Notes: generated from the letters alone by a model not told the origin. A DNA stretch of 64,000 nucleotides from Candidatus Hadarchaeota archaeon (GCA_964474885.1 CAYYWO010000002.1:67358-131357), one strand, 5' to 3'; shown: positions 1 to 10,362, numbered from the stretch's first letter. Numbers and translations: made by a program.

Positions 1-1098
1 GTAGACGAGATAACGAAGAACATCGCCAAGCAGGGAGCAAGCATAACGGTGTACGTGAAATCGCCTAAAAGATTCCTGTTGCCTGATCAGAAGGAGAATA
101 ATCGAACAATTAAGTACGTGAGATTTCCCTTTCTAACGAAAAAGGACATTTTAAGCGATGCGCTCTGCCTCCCTCTGAGTTACTGCAAGGTGAAGAAAGA
201 TGTCAAGAAATATGATCTAATCCATGAAAGATTAGCGCCCCTCAACATTTGGTCGCTGCACATCCTCAGAGGTATACGCACGCCGTACATTTTGGAGGTA
301 AACAGTCCCTTGGTTGAGGAGATAGACAACAGGCTAGTGAGATTTGTGGCTAGGTGGGTTCGTGAATTTCAGTTTAAGAAATGCCATGCAATAATAACCC
401 AAACTTACACGTTGAGGAGAATCATATCTAAGTTCGCCAATAAGCCCATTTTCGTGGTTCCGAACGGCGTCGACATTCGTAAATTTGGCCCTGATAAATT
501 TTCTTGGAGACTAAGAAATAAGTACGCATCCAAGGATGAGGTTTTGATTACCTTCGTCGGCGCTTTTAAAAGATGGCACGGGCTTCATCAAATACCTAAA
601 ATTGCTGAAAAGCTCCTTAGCAGGCACAGAAATGCTAAGTTTCTTCTAGTAGGCGGGGGACCCATGTATAGTACTGTTAAATGTGCGTGCAAAAGATTGG
701 GAGACAAGGTGATGTTGCCCGGCCCCATGAAAAGCGAGCGAATCCCCAAAATATTGGCCAGTTCTGATATTCTTATAGCCCCTTTCGATATCTCGGGGTA
801 CAAGACTTTGGAAGATTATGGTTTTTGGTGGTGTCCCATAAAGCTGTTCGAGTATATGGCCTCGGGAAAGCCAATAGTCAGTTACAACTTTGAGGAAGTC
901 AAAAATATAGTCAAAGATGCTGGACTGTTGGCGAATCCGAACGATTTAGACCAATTTATCGAATACATATCCCAATTAGTCGAAGATGAAGGTTTTAGGA
1001 AAAGACTAGGAAAAAGAGGTAGGGAAATCGCTGAGAGGGAATATGATTGGGGAAAAAGAGCCAAAGAAATCATCAGGATCTATGAAAAATTTATATGA
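1..1098 (+). CDS. Glycosyltransferase family 4 (5'-partial; frame open to window edge)
   Basis: Frame has no stop from base 1 (VDEITKNIAKQGASITVYV...); VVPNGVD, FVGAF, KLFEYMASGKPIV GT-B signatures. Confidence 0.85.
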   Translation, partial: VDEITKNIAKQGASITVYVKSPKRFLLPDQKENNRTIKYVRFPFLTKKDILSDALCLPLSYCKVKKDVKKYDLIHERLAPLNIWSLHILRGIRTPYILEVNSPLVEEIDNRLVRFVARWVREFQFKKCHAIITQTYTLRRIISKFANKPIFVVPNGVDIRKFGPDKFSWRLRNKYASKDEVLITFVGAFKRWHGLHQIPKIAEKLLSRHRNAKFLLVGGGPMYSTVKCACKRLGDKVMLPGPMKSERIPKILASSDILIAPFDISGYKTLEDYGFWWCPIKLFEYMASGKPIVSYNFEEVKNIVKDAGLLANPNDLDQFIEYISQLVEDEGFRKRLGKRGREIAEREYDWGKRAKEIIRIYEKFI

Positions 1099-1224
1099 AA
1101 TTACCTGTCCAACATCATCCCAATGCAATGCCCTCGAGTTGCTTACACACAGGTGAAATTCCCGATGACTTCGATTGAAGAGGCATATACCAATTGTTCA
1201 GACTCAGATAGGTTTATTTTAAAT

Positions 1225-2283
1225 TCATCTCCTCAAATCGGCTTCAATCAAGTCGATAAGAGCCTTCGTGTTCTTTCGAAGGTCAAAGTTTTTCTCGACT
1301 CTTTTTCTCGCTTTTTTGGGCATAATCTTAAATGTATTTTCACTTTGATAAATTTTGGCCAACGTTTCCTTTAGTGGTTTGACCGTTCTTTCGGGAACGA
1401 TGAACCCTGCATCTCCTATAACCTCTGGTATTGCTCCTGAATTAGATCCTATAACGATTCTTCCGGTGGCCATAGCTTCTGGTAAAACCATTCCAAACTG
1501 CTCCTTCCAATAAGGTGTGGTAATTGACGGCAAAACAAACACATTGTGTTTTGCATACACTTCCGGCAATTTACGATATTCCACTTGGCCGAGAAAAGTT
1601 ACATTGCACCCAAGCTTTTGGGCAAGTCTGCGATACCGATCAATCTCTCCGCGCCCCACAAGAGTTAGTGAGTAAGGAAAGTCTAGCAATGAAACGGCTT
1701 TCAGGAGGTAATCAAGACCCTTTTCTGGGGTAATCCTCCCTACATATAGTATCTTCAGCTCGTCGGATAATATATTTCTACGATAACTAAACACGTCTGT
1801 GTTAACACCAAGCGGGTTCACGACTATATTTTTGAGACCCAGCTTTTCCCAACACTCCTTAGTCGATTTGACCCGCACAATGTTTCTCGTGAATAGATTG
1901 TTCGCTACTTTGACAGCAAATTTCAAAAAGCCAATGTGTCTTTTTAGTACGCCCTCTAGATGGTTCTCGGATGTACGGGTGTAAAAGTTACCGGTTGATA
2001 CTAGCCTGAACATCAAGGTAGAAATCCAGAAAAATTCTGCACCTATAGTTGCATCAACGTCGAATCGTCTATAAATCAAGGGGATTGACTGCTTGAAATG
2101 CACAGCTGGAATATACAAGTACTCGATGCCCTCCTTCTCAAGGGGTTCAAGAACTTCGTTAGAGACCGTACTTCTCCCAAAGGTGACCAACAAAGGTGTA
2201 TGTCCATAGTCTTTAATAAACTTAAGCCAGTCCGAGAACCAAGGCTTGCACCACGCCGCTGATATTGTGACCATTATTCTCAT
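1225..2283 (-). CDS. Glycosyltransferase family 4
   Basis: YVGRITPEKG and EQFGMVLPEAMATG (E-x7-E) motifs. Confidence 0.88.
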   Translation of the reverse strand: MRIMVTISAAWCKPWFSDWLKFIKDYGHTPLLVTFGRSTVSNEVLEPLEKEGIEYLYIPAVHFKQSIPLIYRRFDVDATIGAEFFWISTLMFRLVSTGNFYTRTSENHLEGVLKRHIGFLKFAVKVANNLFTRNIVRVKSTKECWEKLGLKNIVVNPLGVNTDVFSYRRNILSDELKILYVGRITPEKGLDYLLKAVSLLDFPYSLTLVGRGEIDRYRRLAQKLGCNVTFLGQVEYRKLPEVYAKHNVFVLPSITTPYWKEQFGMVLPEAMATGRIVIGSNSGAIPEVIGDAGFIVPERTVKPLKETLAKIYQSENTFKIMPKKARKRVEKNFDLRKNTKALIDLIEADLRR

Positions 2284-2306
2284 TTTAATCCCTCACAGGA
2301 GAGTCG

Positions 2307-3458
2307 TCATCGACTGACGAGTCTCTCGTATCTCTCAATCGCCTTCTTAGCAATTATCTTCCAGTCAAAATCTTTTACGATTTCCCTTGACCTTCTTCCC
2401 ATTTTTTCGAAGAGGTTTTTGTCATAAATCTTCAAGACAGCATTAGCAATCGCTTCCGGATTCGTTGGAGAAACCAGGAATCCATTTTCACCCTCTATAA
2501 CAACTTCAGAGATATCGGTTGAAACATTGGTCGCAACTATTGGTTTTCCTGCGGCCATGGCTTCTAGAATGGTCAGGTACATGCCCTCATCTATCAATCC
2601 GGGAGTAATCGAAATGTCAGCCAAGGTGTACAATTGAAACATTTTTTTATCCGGTATATTCCTGAAGTGTATGACTTTGTCCTCTAGTTCAAGTCTCCTT
2701 ATCTGCTTTTTTATTTTCTGCTCTTCAGGACCTGTTCCAACAAGAATTAACTTCACGGGTAATTGCTTGCTCAATATTTTTAATGCGTTTATCACAAAAG
2801 GAACACCTTTATGTGGCACTAAGCGATTTACATTCATTAAAACCAAATCAGTCTCTCGGATTCCTAAATCTTTTCTTGTAATCTCTACGTTTGAGATACA
2901 TTCGTCAATTAAATCCAGATCCACTCCATCTGGTAGCTTGAAAATTTTTTCCGGTGAGACTTTGAATAAACTAATTATATGTTGAATCTGCGAATCCCCA
3001 ATTGATGCAATAGCATCCGCATATTCCAAGGTTAATCTTATTCTGCGATAGGTCAGAATACGGTGATAGACTTTCTTTAGGCCTTTGAATTTAAATGGTT
3101 CTAAACCAAATGTTTGAAAGACAACAGGATTTCTAGATTCAAGTAAAACATAGGGGTAAGCCCCACCAGCTCCGTGAAGAATGTCGAACCTCAATTTTTC
3201 AAGATATCTCATGACATTTCGATTAAAAAAAGGGTACCAAAGACTCATCAACGGCTTTTTGTTAAAATTCGGAGGCAAGAACCTATACTTAATCCTCTCG
3301 TAGACCCAATCCCTCCTACCAGTTCCATCAAAAGAGGTCACGATTTCGACATCTATGCCTTGTTTCGTCAGGCCCTTAGCTAAATTGTAGAAATATTTCT
3401 CCATACCTCCAAATCCATGAAACGGGAATACTGCTCTTGAGGTTATTACCACTTTCAT
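2307..3458 (-). CDS. Glycosyltransferase family 4
   Basis: GGMEKY N-terminal loop, VNRLVPHKG, EGMYLTILEAMAAGKPIV. Confidence 0.88.
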   Translation of the reverse strand: MKVVITSRAVFPFHGFGGMEKYFYNLAKGLTKQGIDVEIVTSFDGTGRRDWVYERIKYRFLPPNFNKKPLMSLWYPFFNRNVMRYLEKLRFDILHGAGGAYPYVLLESRNPVVFQTFGLEPFKFKGLKKVYHRILTYRRIRLTLEYADAIASIGDSQIQHIISLFKVSPEKIFKLPDGVDLDLIDECISNVEITRKDLGIRETDLVLMNVNRLVPHKGVPFVINALKILSKQLPVKLILVGTGPEEQKIKKQIRRLELEDKVIHFRNIPDKKMFQLYTLADISITPGLIDEGMYLTILEAMAAGKPIVATNVSTDISEVVIEGENGFLVSPTNPEAIANAVLKIYDKNLFEKMGRRSREIVKDFDWKIIAKKAIERYERLVSR

Positions 3459-3650
3459 CCTTTCACTGGTTTTGATTTTTCTTCATTTCAACTGGATTCT
3501 CTCTTAGTTTAGCTCTTTTCAACCTCCACCAAATTTAACATCTATAAGAGCGTCCTTAGCCTTTGTTCCTTTCATTCGCGTTAAGCATTGTCTCCAGCGA
3601 GGTTTCACTTGCTCCCATCCCCTTTGATTTACACTCAACAGCCCCCCACA

Positions 3651-4772
3651 TTATTTGTCTCCTATTTCGTGGATCTCTTTTATTGAATCGCAGACATATT
3701 CGACCTGCTTTTTCGTTAATCCAACTCCCGAGGGCAAGTAAAGTCCCTTCTTCGATAATTCTTCAGCGATAGGATATTTTTCTCCTTTGAATAACCCCAT
3801 TTTTTTGAAGATTGGTTGCTGGTGCATTGGAATAAAGAAAGGTCTCGTTTCAATCCCTCTTTCCCTGAGTTTCTTCATCAACACATCTCTACTCATGCCA
3901 AACTCCTCTTCGATCAGGATAGAGTACATCCAATAGACATTTTTGGCCCAATCCATTTCTCTTGGCAAAGCTATACCGTCAATGTTCTTGAGTAGAGAAT
4001 TGTACCACCTAGCTATTTGTCTTTTTTTCTCAATGAACTTGTCTATTTTTCTTAATTGTGCGACACCTATGGCTGCCTGTATGTTTGTCATCCTGTAGTT
4101 AAAACCGATATGGTGATGCAAAAAATGTCTCCTTCTTGAGAACGCTAGGTTCCTCAATAGCTTTGCTCTCTCAGCTATTTTCTTGTTGTTCGTAACCATC
4201 ATACCGCCCTCTCCCGTGGTGATTATTTTATTTGCATAAAAGCTAAAACATCCGACATCACCCAAACTTCCAACCTTTCTCCCCTTGTACTCTGCTCCGT
4301 GTGCTTCCGCGGCATCTTCTATTATGTATAAATCATAATCCTCAGCTATGTCGAGAATCGGTTTCATGTCTGCTGGATGTCCATAGAGGTGAACTGGTAA
4401 TATTGCCCTCGTATTTTTGGTTACTTTTTCCGCTATTCCATCTGGATCTATATTCCATGTTTTTGGCTCGGAATCTACAAGGACAGGCTTCGCGCCGCTA
4501 TAGATAATTGCAAACACCGTTGCTGCATTGGTGAGAGTTGGGACAATCACTTCACTTCCTTTCCCTATCCCTAGCGATTCTATCGCTAGGTGCAGTGCAG
4601 TCGTTCCACTGGTTGTAGCTACTCCGTACTTTACCCCACAAAATTTACTGAACTCTTTTTCGAACTCTTCTAAATAGTTTCCTGCAGTTCCAGAGATCAT
4701 CTTCTTTTTGATACAGTCTACGACATTCCTTAGCTCTTCTTTTCCCAATTCCGGCTCACAGACTGGAATCAT
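3651..4772 (-). CDS. DegT/DnrJ/EryC1/StrS PLP aminotransferase, GDP-perosamine synthase-like
   Basis: SGTTALHLA, IEDAAEAHG, SFYANKIITTGEGG (PLP Lys); adjacent to gmd. Confidence 0.85.
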   Translation of the reverse strand: MIPVCEPELGKEELRNVVDCIKKKMISGTAGNYLEEFEKEFSKFCGVKYGVATTSGTTALHLAIESLGIGKGSEVIVPTLTNAATVFAIIYSGAKPVLVDSEPKTWNIDPDGIAEKVTKNTRAILPVHLYGHPADMKPILDIAEDYDLYIIEDAAEAHGAEYKGRKVGSLGDVGCFSFYANKIITTGEGGMMVTNNKKIAERAKLLRNLAFSRRRHFLHHHIGFNYRMTNIQAAIGVAQLRKIDKFIEKKRQIARWYNSLLKNIDGIALPREMDWAKNVYWMYSILIEEEFGMSRDVLMKKLRERGIETRPFFIPMHQQPIFKKMGLFKGEKYPIAEELSKKGLYLPSGVGLTKKQVEYVCDSIKEIHEIGDK

Positions 4773-5175
4773 TTTTTAGGTACCTTTTGTCTTCTTGAAT
4801 GCCTCTGTACGGTCCCTGTTTAACTTCAATGCCCTTAAAGTCTTCCAAAACCTCAATCGCGTGTCCCCCTTCAATAAAAAGTACTGTATCACCTTCACGC
4901 AAGAGAGCGCTTTTTATTTTTTCTCCTTTCTCATCGTAGAAGATGACTCTAACCTTGCCATACACTATATGTAAAACTTCTTGCACACTGTAAATGACTC
5001 TCTTAGAACGCCTGTGAATATGGGGCTTTATTTTGTATCCTTTTTTGTATTTTATAATCCCTAACTGCAAAGGGTTGTCTTGGGGGGTAAAAAATCTACT
5101 CTTTTTTGGCTCTAGCCCTTTTCGCAAAATTAACCCAAAAACTTTACCATTTTTTTCAATCTTCTGAACCGTCAA
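4756..5175 (-). CDS. Cupin-fold protein of the kind found beside perosamine synthase genes
   Basis: PHIH...QEVLHI...GGHAIE...EVKQGPY cupin-like His/Glu pattern; TTG start. Confidence 0.6.
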   Translation of the reverse strand: MTVQKIEKNGKVFGLILRKGLEPKKSRFFTPQDNPLQLGIIKYKKGYKIKPHIHRRSKRVIYSVQEVLHIVYGKVRVIFYDEKGEKIKSALLREGDTVLFIEGGHAIEVLEDFKGIEVKQGPYRGIQEDKRYLKNDSSL

Positions 5176-5184
5176 CTAAATCCC

Positions 5185-6240
5185 CTACCTTTCGAATTTA
5201 AGCGTTCGGGATAGTATTCTATTTTCATTTGGGTAGTAAGGTGCATCCCATGGAAATCTCTCACCATTCAACCACCTCTCCCACCTCTTGAGGTCTTCTT
5301 CCACCATTATTTTTACAAGCTCGTTAAATTTTACCCTCGGTCTCCAACCTAGTTTTTTTCTGGCTTTGGTGGAGTCACCTCGGAGATAACTCGCTTCAAG
5401 GGGTCTGAAAAATCTTTTGTCAACCTTAACATACTCTTGCCAGTCCAAACCAGCAACCTCAAAAGCTTTCTCCGCAAATTCTTTGACGCTATGAGTTTCT
5501 CCTGTAGCTATAACATAATCATCGGGTTCTTTTTGTTGCATCATAAGCCACATAGACTCAACATACTCTGGTGCGTATCCCCAATCCCTCCTTGCCTCCA
5601 AGTTACCAAGACGAACTTCTTTTTCTATGCCAAAGGCAATTTTTGCTACTGCGTTAGAGATTTTTCTCGTCACGAATTCTAACCCCCGCAAAGGTGACTC
5701 ATGATTGAACAAAATACCGTTACAACAAAACATGTTATAACCTTCTCTGTAAATCCGCGTTAACCAATAGCCATAAAGCTTCGCGGCTGCATAAGGACTT
5801 GCTGGTGCGAAGACATCTTCCTCATTTAAGGGCCTCTCACTCCTACCCCCAAACATCTCGCTCGTAGATGCCTGATAGAACTTGATGTTAGGGTTTACTT
5901 GCCTTATCGCTTCCAGCATTCTCGTAACGCCCAAACCTGTAATCATTCCAGTTGCCACGGGCTGTTCGAAAGATGCTCCGACAAAACTCTGTGCAGCCAA
6001 ATGGTACACCTCATCGGGATCTGAGATTTTAATAGCCTCTACCAGAGAGGCACTATCCACCAGATCCGCTGGGATCAAGTTTACTTTGTCGAATATTTCT
6101 AGATATTGTAACCTCCAGAAATTGGGTGTAGATAACCTGCGGTAGGTTCCATAAACTTCGTAACCTTTTTCCAATAGAAATTTTGCAAGATATGCTCCAT
6201 CTTGCCCGGTTATCCCTGTTATCAAAGCTCTTTTTGCCAT
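5185..6240 (-). CDS. gmd: GDP-mannose 4,6-dehydratase
   Basis: ALITGITGQDGAYLA, FYQASTSEMFG, SPYAAAK (YxxxK), ILFNHESPLRG. Confidence 0.95.
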   Translation of the reverse strand: MAKRALITGITGQDGAYLAKFLLEKGYEVYGTYRRLSTPNFWRLQYLEIFDKVNLIPADLVDSASLVEAIKISDPDEVYHLAAQSFVGASFEQPVATGMITGLGVTRMLEAIRQVNPNIKFYQASTSEMFGGRSERPLNEEDVFAPASPYAAAKLYGYWLTRIYREGYNMFCCNGILFNHESPLRGLEFVTRKISNAVAKIAFGIEKEVRLGNLEARRDWGYAPEYVESMWLMMQQKEPDDYVIATGETHSVKEFAEKAFEVAGLDWQEYVKVDKRFFRPLEASYLRGDSTKARKKLGWRPRVKFNELVKIMVEEDLKRWERWLNGERFPWDAPYYPNENRILSRTLKFER

Positions 6241-6742
6241 TAATTAGTCAATCGAATCCTATTAATTTTCAAGAAGAGCCTAACCCAAATGGGCGAAAAC
6301 TCGGAGGAGGATATTCCTTCAAGCACTGTCCGCCGCGGAGCGTTGTTCACATTTGGAATGAAGTTTTCCCATTCCCACACTGCTGCTATTATTTCGAGCT
6401 TTCTACAAGTGCTTAGAAAGGAGGAAGGAGGCTATCTCAAGTCTTGGTAAGGAATAAAAAAGCACTACTGTTCTCAAACTCTCAACATTCATTCAGTTTT
6501 GGTCTTCGTGTTCTCATGTGCTCGCTATCGGTTGAAAATTGCGGTCTCTGCTGTTTTCACATTTTCCCTCACTTTAATTCTCTAAGTGTAGCGGGAATCC
6601 GATGACTTTAAATCTTCCGGTGCTATTCATCGCAATTGATTCTTTTCCCCTTCTCTTTTCTCTCCATGTTGGCCGGCAGTTATTCACACCCGCCCCGCTG
6701 TCGGCTACTAAATTCCAGGGCATGATCTTATACCCACAGGCC

Positions 6743-7369
6743 CTAAGCTTTTGATAACACAAAAAATATGTGGTACATATTCTCGGGAGGAACATAGGAC
6801 TTGACTATCCTGAATCTCTTTGTCATGTATTGTTTGATCTTCGTAAGCGGGTATCCTTTTTTCCCAATCTCCCAATAATGCTGCCCATCAAATCTATGTT
6901 TCCTATGCAGAGGCAACTTCACGGTGATGTTCCTCTCTCCTATAAATGGCATCTTCAGGCAAAAGCGGAAACTGGGTCCAGCGTAAGGTAGGGACAACAC
7001 AACAAAACGTTTGGTGACGGTATGGAGTTCGTTCAACGCTTTTCCGAAATACCGAAACGGAAGGTGTTCTAGGACCTCTGCACAGAGGACAACATCAAAG
7101 GAATTCGGCCTAAATAGCTTTGTCAGCTCCGTGACGCTACATACATAGTCTGGATTTAGGTCAGGATCTATGTCAACTGTTGTAACCTCCAGTCCTCTTT
7201 CCCTCAGGTAGTTTGTGACTGTCCTGTTCCCAATACCAACTTCAAGTACCTTCTTTCCCTTCGTTTCCAGTACTTCGTTTATTTGATACCAATAGCTCAT
7301 CCATCTGTCCTTGGTATCGTAGTCCTTCTCGAAGTAATGCTCTCTACTGACTTGCAACCGGTACCTCAT
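6743..7369 (-). CDS. Class I SAM-dependent methyltransferase
   Basis: VLEVGIG motif I, VTTVDID, FDVVLCAEVLEHLP. Confidence 0.85.
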   Translation of the reverse strand: MRYRLQVSREHYFEKDYDTKDRWMSYWYQINEVLETKGKKVLEVGIGNRTVTNYLRERGLEVTTVDIDPDLNPDYVCSVTELTKLFRPNSFDVVLCAEVLEHLPFRYFGKALNELHTVTKRFVVLSLPYAGPSFRFCLKMPFIGERNITVKLPLHRKHRFDGQHYWEIGKKGYPLTKIKQYMTKRFRIVKSYVPPENMYHIFFVLSKA

Positions 7370-8130
7370 TTCGATTCTCCAGAGCTCTTTAGCTCCAACC
7401 TATCTGCCTCTTTCAAGGACTCAAAAGTTCCAATGTCGTATCTAATCCCCTCAAACAAGAAGGCACGAACTTTGTACCCATCCCTCCTCATGAGTTCAAC
7501 TGAATCCGTGAGCCATATCTCCCCCCCTCTTCCAAGTTTTGTTCTCCGGATGAAATCAAAAATAACCGGCTTCAGAATGAGCAGACCAGCTATGCTGAGA
7601 TACCTACCCCCGACTTTGTAGGATTCAGCCTCCTCGAGCGTCGGTTTTTCGATTACTCCCAGAACCTCGCCATCCGGACCGATTCTCGCTATTCCAAATC
7701 TCCTGGGGTCCTCGACGGGGTGTAAAACCAGTGTCGCGTCGGCTTCTCTCTCTTCATGGAACCTTATTATTTCCCTTATGACCTCGTAAGGCTTGAAGTA
7801 GTTGTCCCCGTAAATTACCACAAAATTCTCCTCGCCGATAAAATCCCTGCCCTGGTAAACCGCGTGTGCCGTCCCCTTCGGCTCTTCCTGTACCCTATAG
7901 TAGATGTCGACCCCTAATCTCTCGCCAGAACCCAAGTAGTCCATGATGGCCTCTTTTTTCCGCCCCACCACGACCAGCACTTTTTCTATACCACCGGCCT
8001 TCAGTACGTTTATCACGTGCTCGATTACAGGCTTGGTACCAACTCTGATCATCTCCTTGGGGATGGCGAGGGTCAGGGGTCTCAACCGGGCCCCCTTGCC
8101 CGCTGCCAAAACAATCGCTTTTCTTATCAT
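7366..8130 (-). CDS. Sugar-1-phosphate nucleotidyltransferase (GalU/RmlA-like)
   Basis: AIVLAAGKGARLRPLT, PKEM, QEEPKGTAHA, GDN, EKP, DIGT. Confidence 0.9.
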   Translation of the reverse strand: MIRKAIVLAAGKGARLRPLTLAIPKEMIRVGTKPVIEHVINVLKAGGIEKVLVVVGRKKEAIMDYLGSGERLGVDIYYRVQEEPKGTAHAVYQGRDFIGEENFVVIYGDNYFKPYEVIREIIRFHEEREADATLVLHPVEDPRRFGIARIGPDGEVLGVIEKPTLEEAESYKVGGRYLSIAGLLILKPVIFDFIRRTKLGRGGEIWLTDSVELMRRDGYKVRAFLFEGIRYDIGTFESLKEADRLELKSSGESK

Positions 8131-8136
8131 ACAGAC

Positions 8137-9030
8137 CTACTCCCTGACACCCTTTTCGGCCTTGATCCTCTCATTGATTTCTTTAACTGCCTTCAGAAGC
8201 TTGGGTTCGTAGCCAAGCTCCTCGGCGAAAGATATGAACGCTTCCAAGTCCTTTGGGAGACACTTGCCCCCAAAGGCTTTTCCATGAATGGTTCCATACT
8301 TGCCAATCCGATCATCCATCCCCGCAACGCGAGCAACCAAGTTTGAATCTATTCCCAACCTCTGGCAAATGTAATAGATCTCGTTCCAGTAGGAAATCCG
8401 GCTGGCCAGGGCGCAGTTGCATGCGTACTTGATCATCTCAGCAGTCCTCAAATCGGTTCTGATGATTGGGATTTTCAGTGGCTCGTACAGCACCTGAAGG
8501 GTATCCCCCGAACGCTTGTCGAGCTCCCCGATTACCACATACTTCTCGCTAAAGAAATCCCGGGCGTACGATTCATCGTCGGTCCAAGAGTGGTGGATTT
8601 CAGTAAGGAACTCTGGATTAACGCACACGCCAAAGTCCCGACCTGCTTTCTTCCCCGAAAACTCTTCCAGAATGGGAATTATCACTTTCTCCGTAGTGGT
8701 TGGAATGACTGTACTCTTAATCACAACAAGATGATATTCGGCCTTTTCACGTAGGGATCGGGCGAGTTCTTCAGACGCTACTTTCACATATCGGAGATCT
8801 ATCTTCCCCTGAGAGGTAGGGGTGGGAACACAGATGAAGGAAATCGACGATGACAGGATGGCATCTTTCAAATTAAGAACCGTGTTCAGACCCATTCCGG
8901 AAAGCTCTCGTAATCGATTGGGATTCGTGTCATAGAAAATTACTTTATGCCCAAGCTTTCTAAACCCCCTTCCTACAGCAGTTCCAACAAATCCGCTACC
9001 AATTATGCTAATACTAACTCTCTCTCCCAT
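8137..9030 (-). CDS. UDP-glucose/GDP-mannose dehydrogenase family protein lacking the C-terminal domain
   Basis: IIGSGFVG Rossmann, CVPTP, IKSTVIP, NPEFL, EMIKYACN, FGGKCLPKD catalytic Cys; start taken at ATG 9030. Confidence 0.85.
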   Translation of the reverse strand: MGERVSISIIGSGFVGTAVGRGFRKLGHKVIFYDTNPNRLRELSGMGLNTVLNLKDAILSSSISFICVPTPTSQGKIDLRYVKVASEELARSLREKAEYHLVVIKSTVIPTTTEKVIIPILEEFSGKKAGRDFGVCVNPEFLTEIHHSWTDDESYARDFFSEKYVVIGELDKRSGDTLQVLYEPLKIPIIRTDLRTAEMIKYACNCALASRISYWNEIYYICQRLGIDSNLVARVAGMDDRIGKYGTIHGKAFGGKCLPKDLEAFISFAEELGYEPKLLKAVKEINERIKAEKGVRE

Positions 9031-9207
9031 CCTCTTTTCTTTACTAAAGATGAAAAAGTTCAATCTAGAAAACTTCCTGTTTAAAAGAGCAAAGAGATTG
9101 ACAGAAGAATGTCGGATTTCCAAAGTTTTTGGTCAGCGTTGCAAACATTTGACTTAAGGCACGTTGCAAAACCTAGCTGATTTAAAAAAGCGAATAAAGA
9201 GAACCGA

Positions 9208-9939
9208 ATGGAGAAGGTAAGCACAGGGATACCCGGATTCGATGAGATTTTGCATGGTGGGATACCGAAGAGGAACGTGGTGCTACTGGCCGGAGGGCCT
9301 GGCACGGGGAAATCCATCTTTGGGTACCAGTACCTGTACAACGGCCTGCTCAAAAACGAGGCTTGCGCGTTCGTTGCCCTAGAAGAACACCCCGTTCAGG
9401 TCAGAGTTTCCATGAGCCAGTTTGGGTGGAATGTCGAACCCTTCGAGAAGAAAGGTAAGTTTGCGCTGATCGACGCTTTCACGTCGGGAATAGGTGAGGC
9501 AGCGAAGAGGGAGAAATACGTGGTCCGGGCCGATGACTTCCCCATGCTGGTGGATGTGATCAAACAGGCAGTGCGTGAGACGGGTGCCGAGCGAGTGGTG
9601 GTGGATTCGGTGACCACCCTTTACATAACGAAACCGATGATGGCACGCGGAACCGTGCTCCAACTGAAAAAGGTCCTAGCTGGCCTAGGGTGCACATCCA
9701 TTCTCATTTCCCAAGTCAGCGTGACGGAAAGGGGATTTGGGGGGCCCGGAGTCGAGCATGCCGTCGACGGCATCGTCAGGCTGGACCTGGACGAAGTCGG
9801 AGGGGAGTTGCGGAGGAGCATCATAGTCTGGAAGATGAGGGGAACGGCCCACTCTATGAAGAGGCACCCGTTCGAGATCACCGACAGGGGGATTTTCATA
9901 AAAGCCGGTGAGACCAGTATCGTTGAGCAAGAGAGATGA
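9208..9939 (+). CDS. Single-domain KaiC-like RecA-superfamily ATPase
   Basis: [22 protein letters not shown] Walker A, LEE, VDSVT, KMRGT. Confidence 0.9.
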   Translation: MEKVSTGIPGFDEILHGGIPKRNVVLLAGGPGTGKSIFGYQYLYNGLLKNEACAFVALEEHPVQVRVSMSQFGWNVEPFEKKGKFALIDAFTSGIGEAAKREKYVVRADDFPMLVDVIKQAVRETGAERVVVDSVTTLYITKPMMARGTVLQLKKVLAGLGCTSILISQVSVTERGFGGPGVEHAVDGIVRLDLDEVGGELRRSIIVWKMRGTAHSMKRHPFEITDRGIFIKAGETSIVEQER

Positions 9940-10361
9940 GCGAGATTCCCCTGTCACCCATAGGGAGGGAGGAAATCCACAAGCTTGAGTCGGCCTTACT
10001 GGTGGGTAGCATCTTCAGGCGGGAGGTCCTAGAGGCGTTGAGAAATCCTGAGGAGCGAACCACTTGGGTAGATTCCTTGGCGGTTGCAGCCGCGGCTCTG
10101 GCGAGGGAAAAGGCCAAGATGAGCGTCACCCAGATAGCCGAGGAGCTCGGGAGGACCGAAGCGACCATCCGGAACCATCTGCAGGGAAAGACCAAAGCTG
10201 GGCAGATCGTAAGGGAAACCTACGAGAGGCTTACCCGGGAGGGTCTGAAGATCGAGACCCAGGTTGCAGAGCTTGAGGAGGAGAGGAGGAAGCGGGAGGA
10301 GCTCGAGAAAAAGTTGGGCGAGCTGAAGAGCCAGCTGACAAGGCTCCTGGAATCGCTATAA
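9936..10361 (+). CDS. HTH regulatory protein typical of KaiC-domain neighbours, with C-terminal coiled coil
   Basis: [23 protein letters not shown]; ATGA overlap with the KaiC-like gene. Confidence 0.75.
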   Translation: MSEIPLSPIGREEIHKLESALLVGSIFRREVLEALRNPEERTTWVDSLAVAAAALAREKAKMSVTQIAEELGRTEATIRNHLQGKTKAGQIVRETYERLTREGLKIETQVAELEEERRKREELEKKLGELKSQLTRLLESL

Positions 10362-10362
10362 A

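Noticed and set aside
3459-3650. Possible gene remnant between the aminotransferase and a GT4 gene
   Set aside because: Only short ORFs of about 40 aa or less and no recognisable motif
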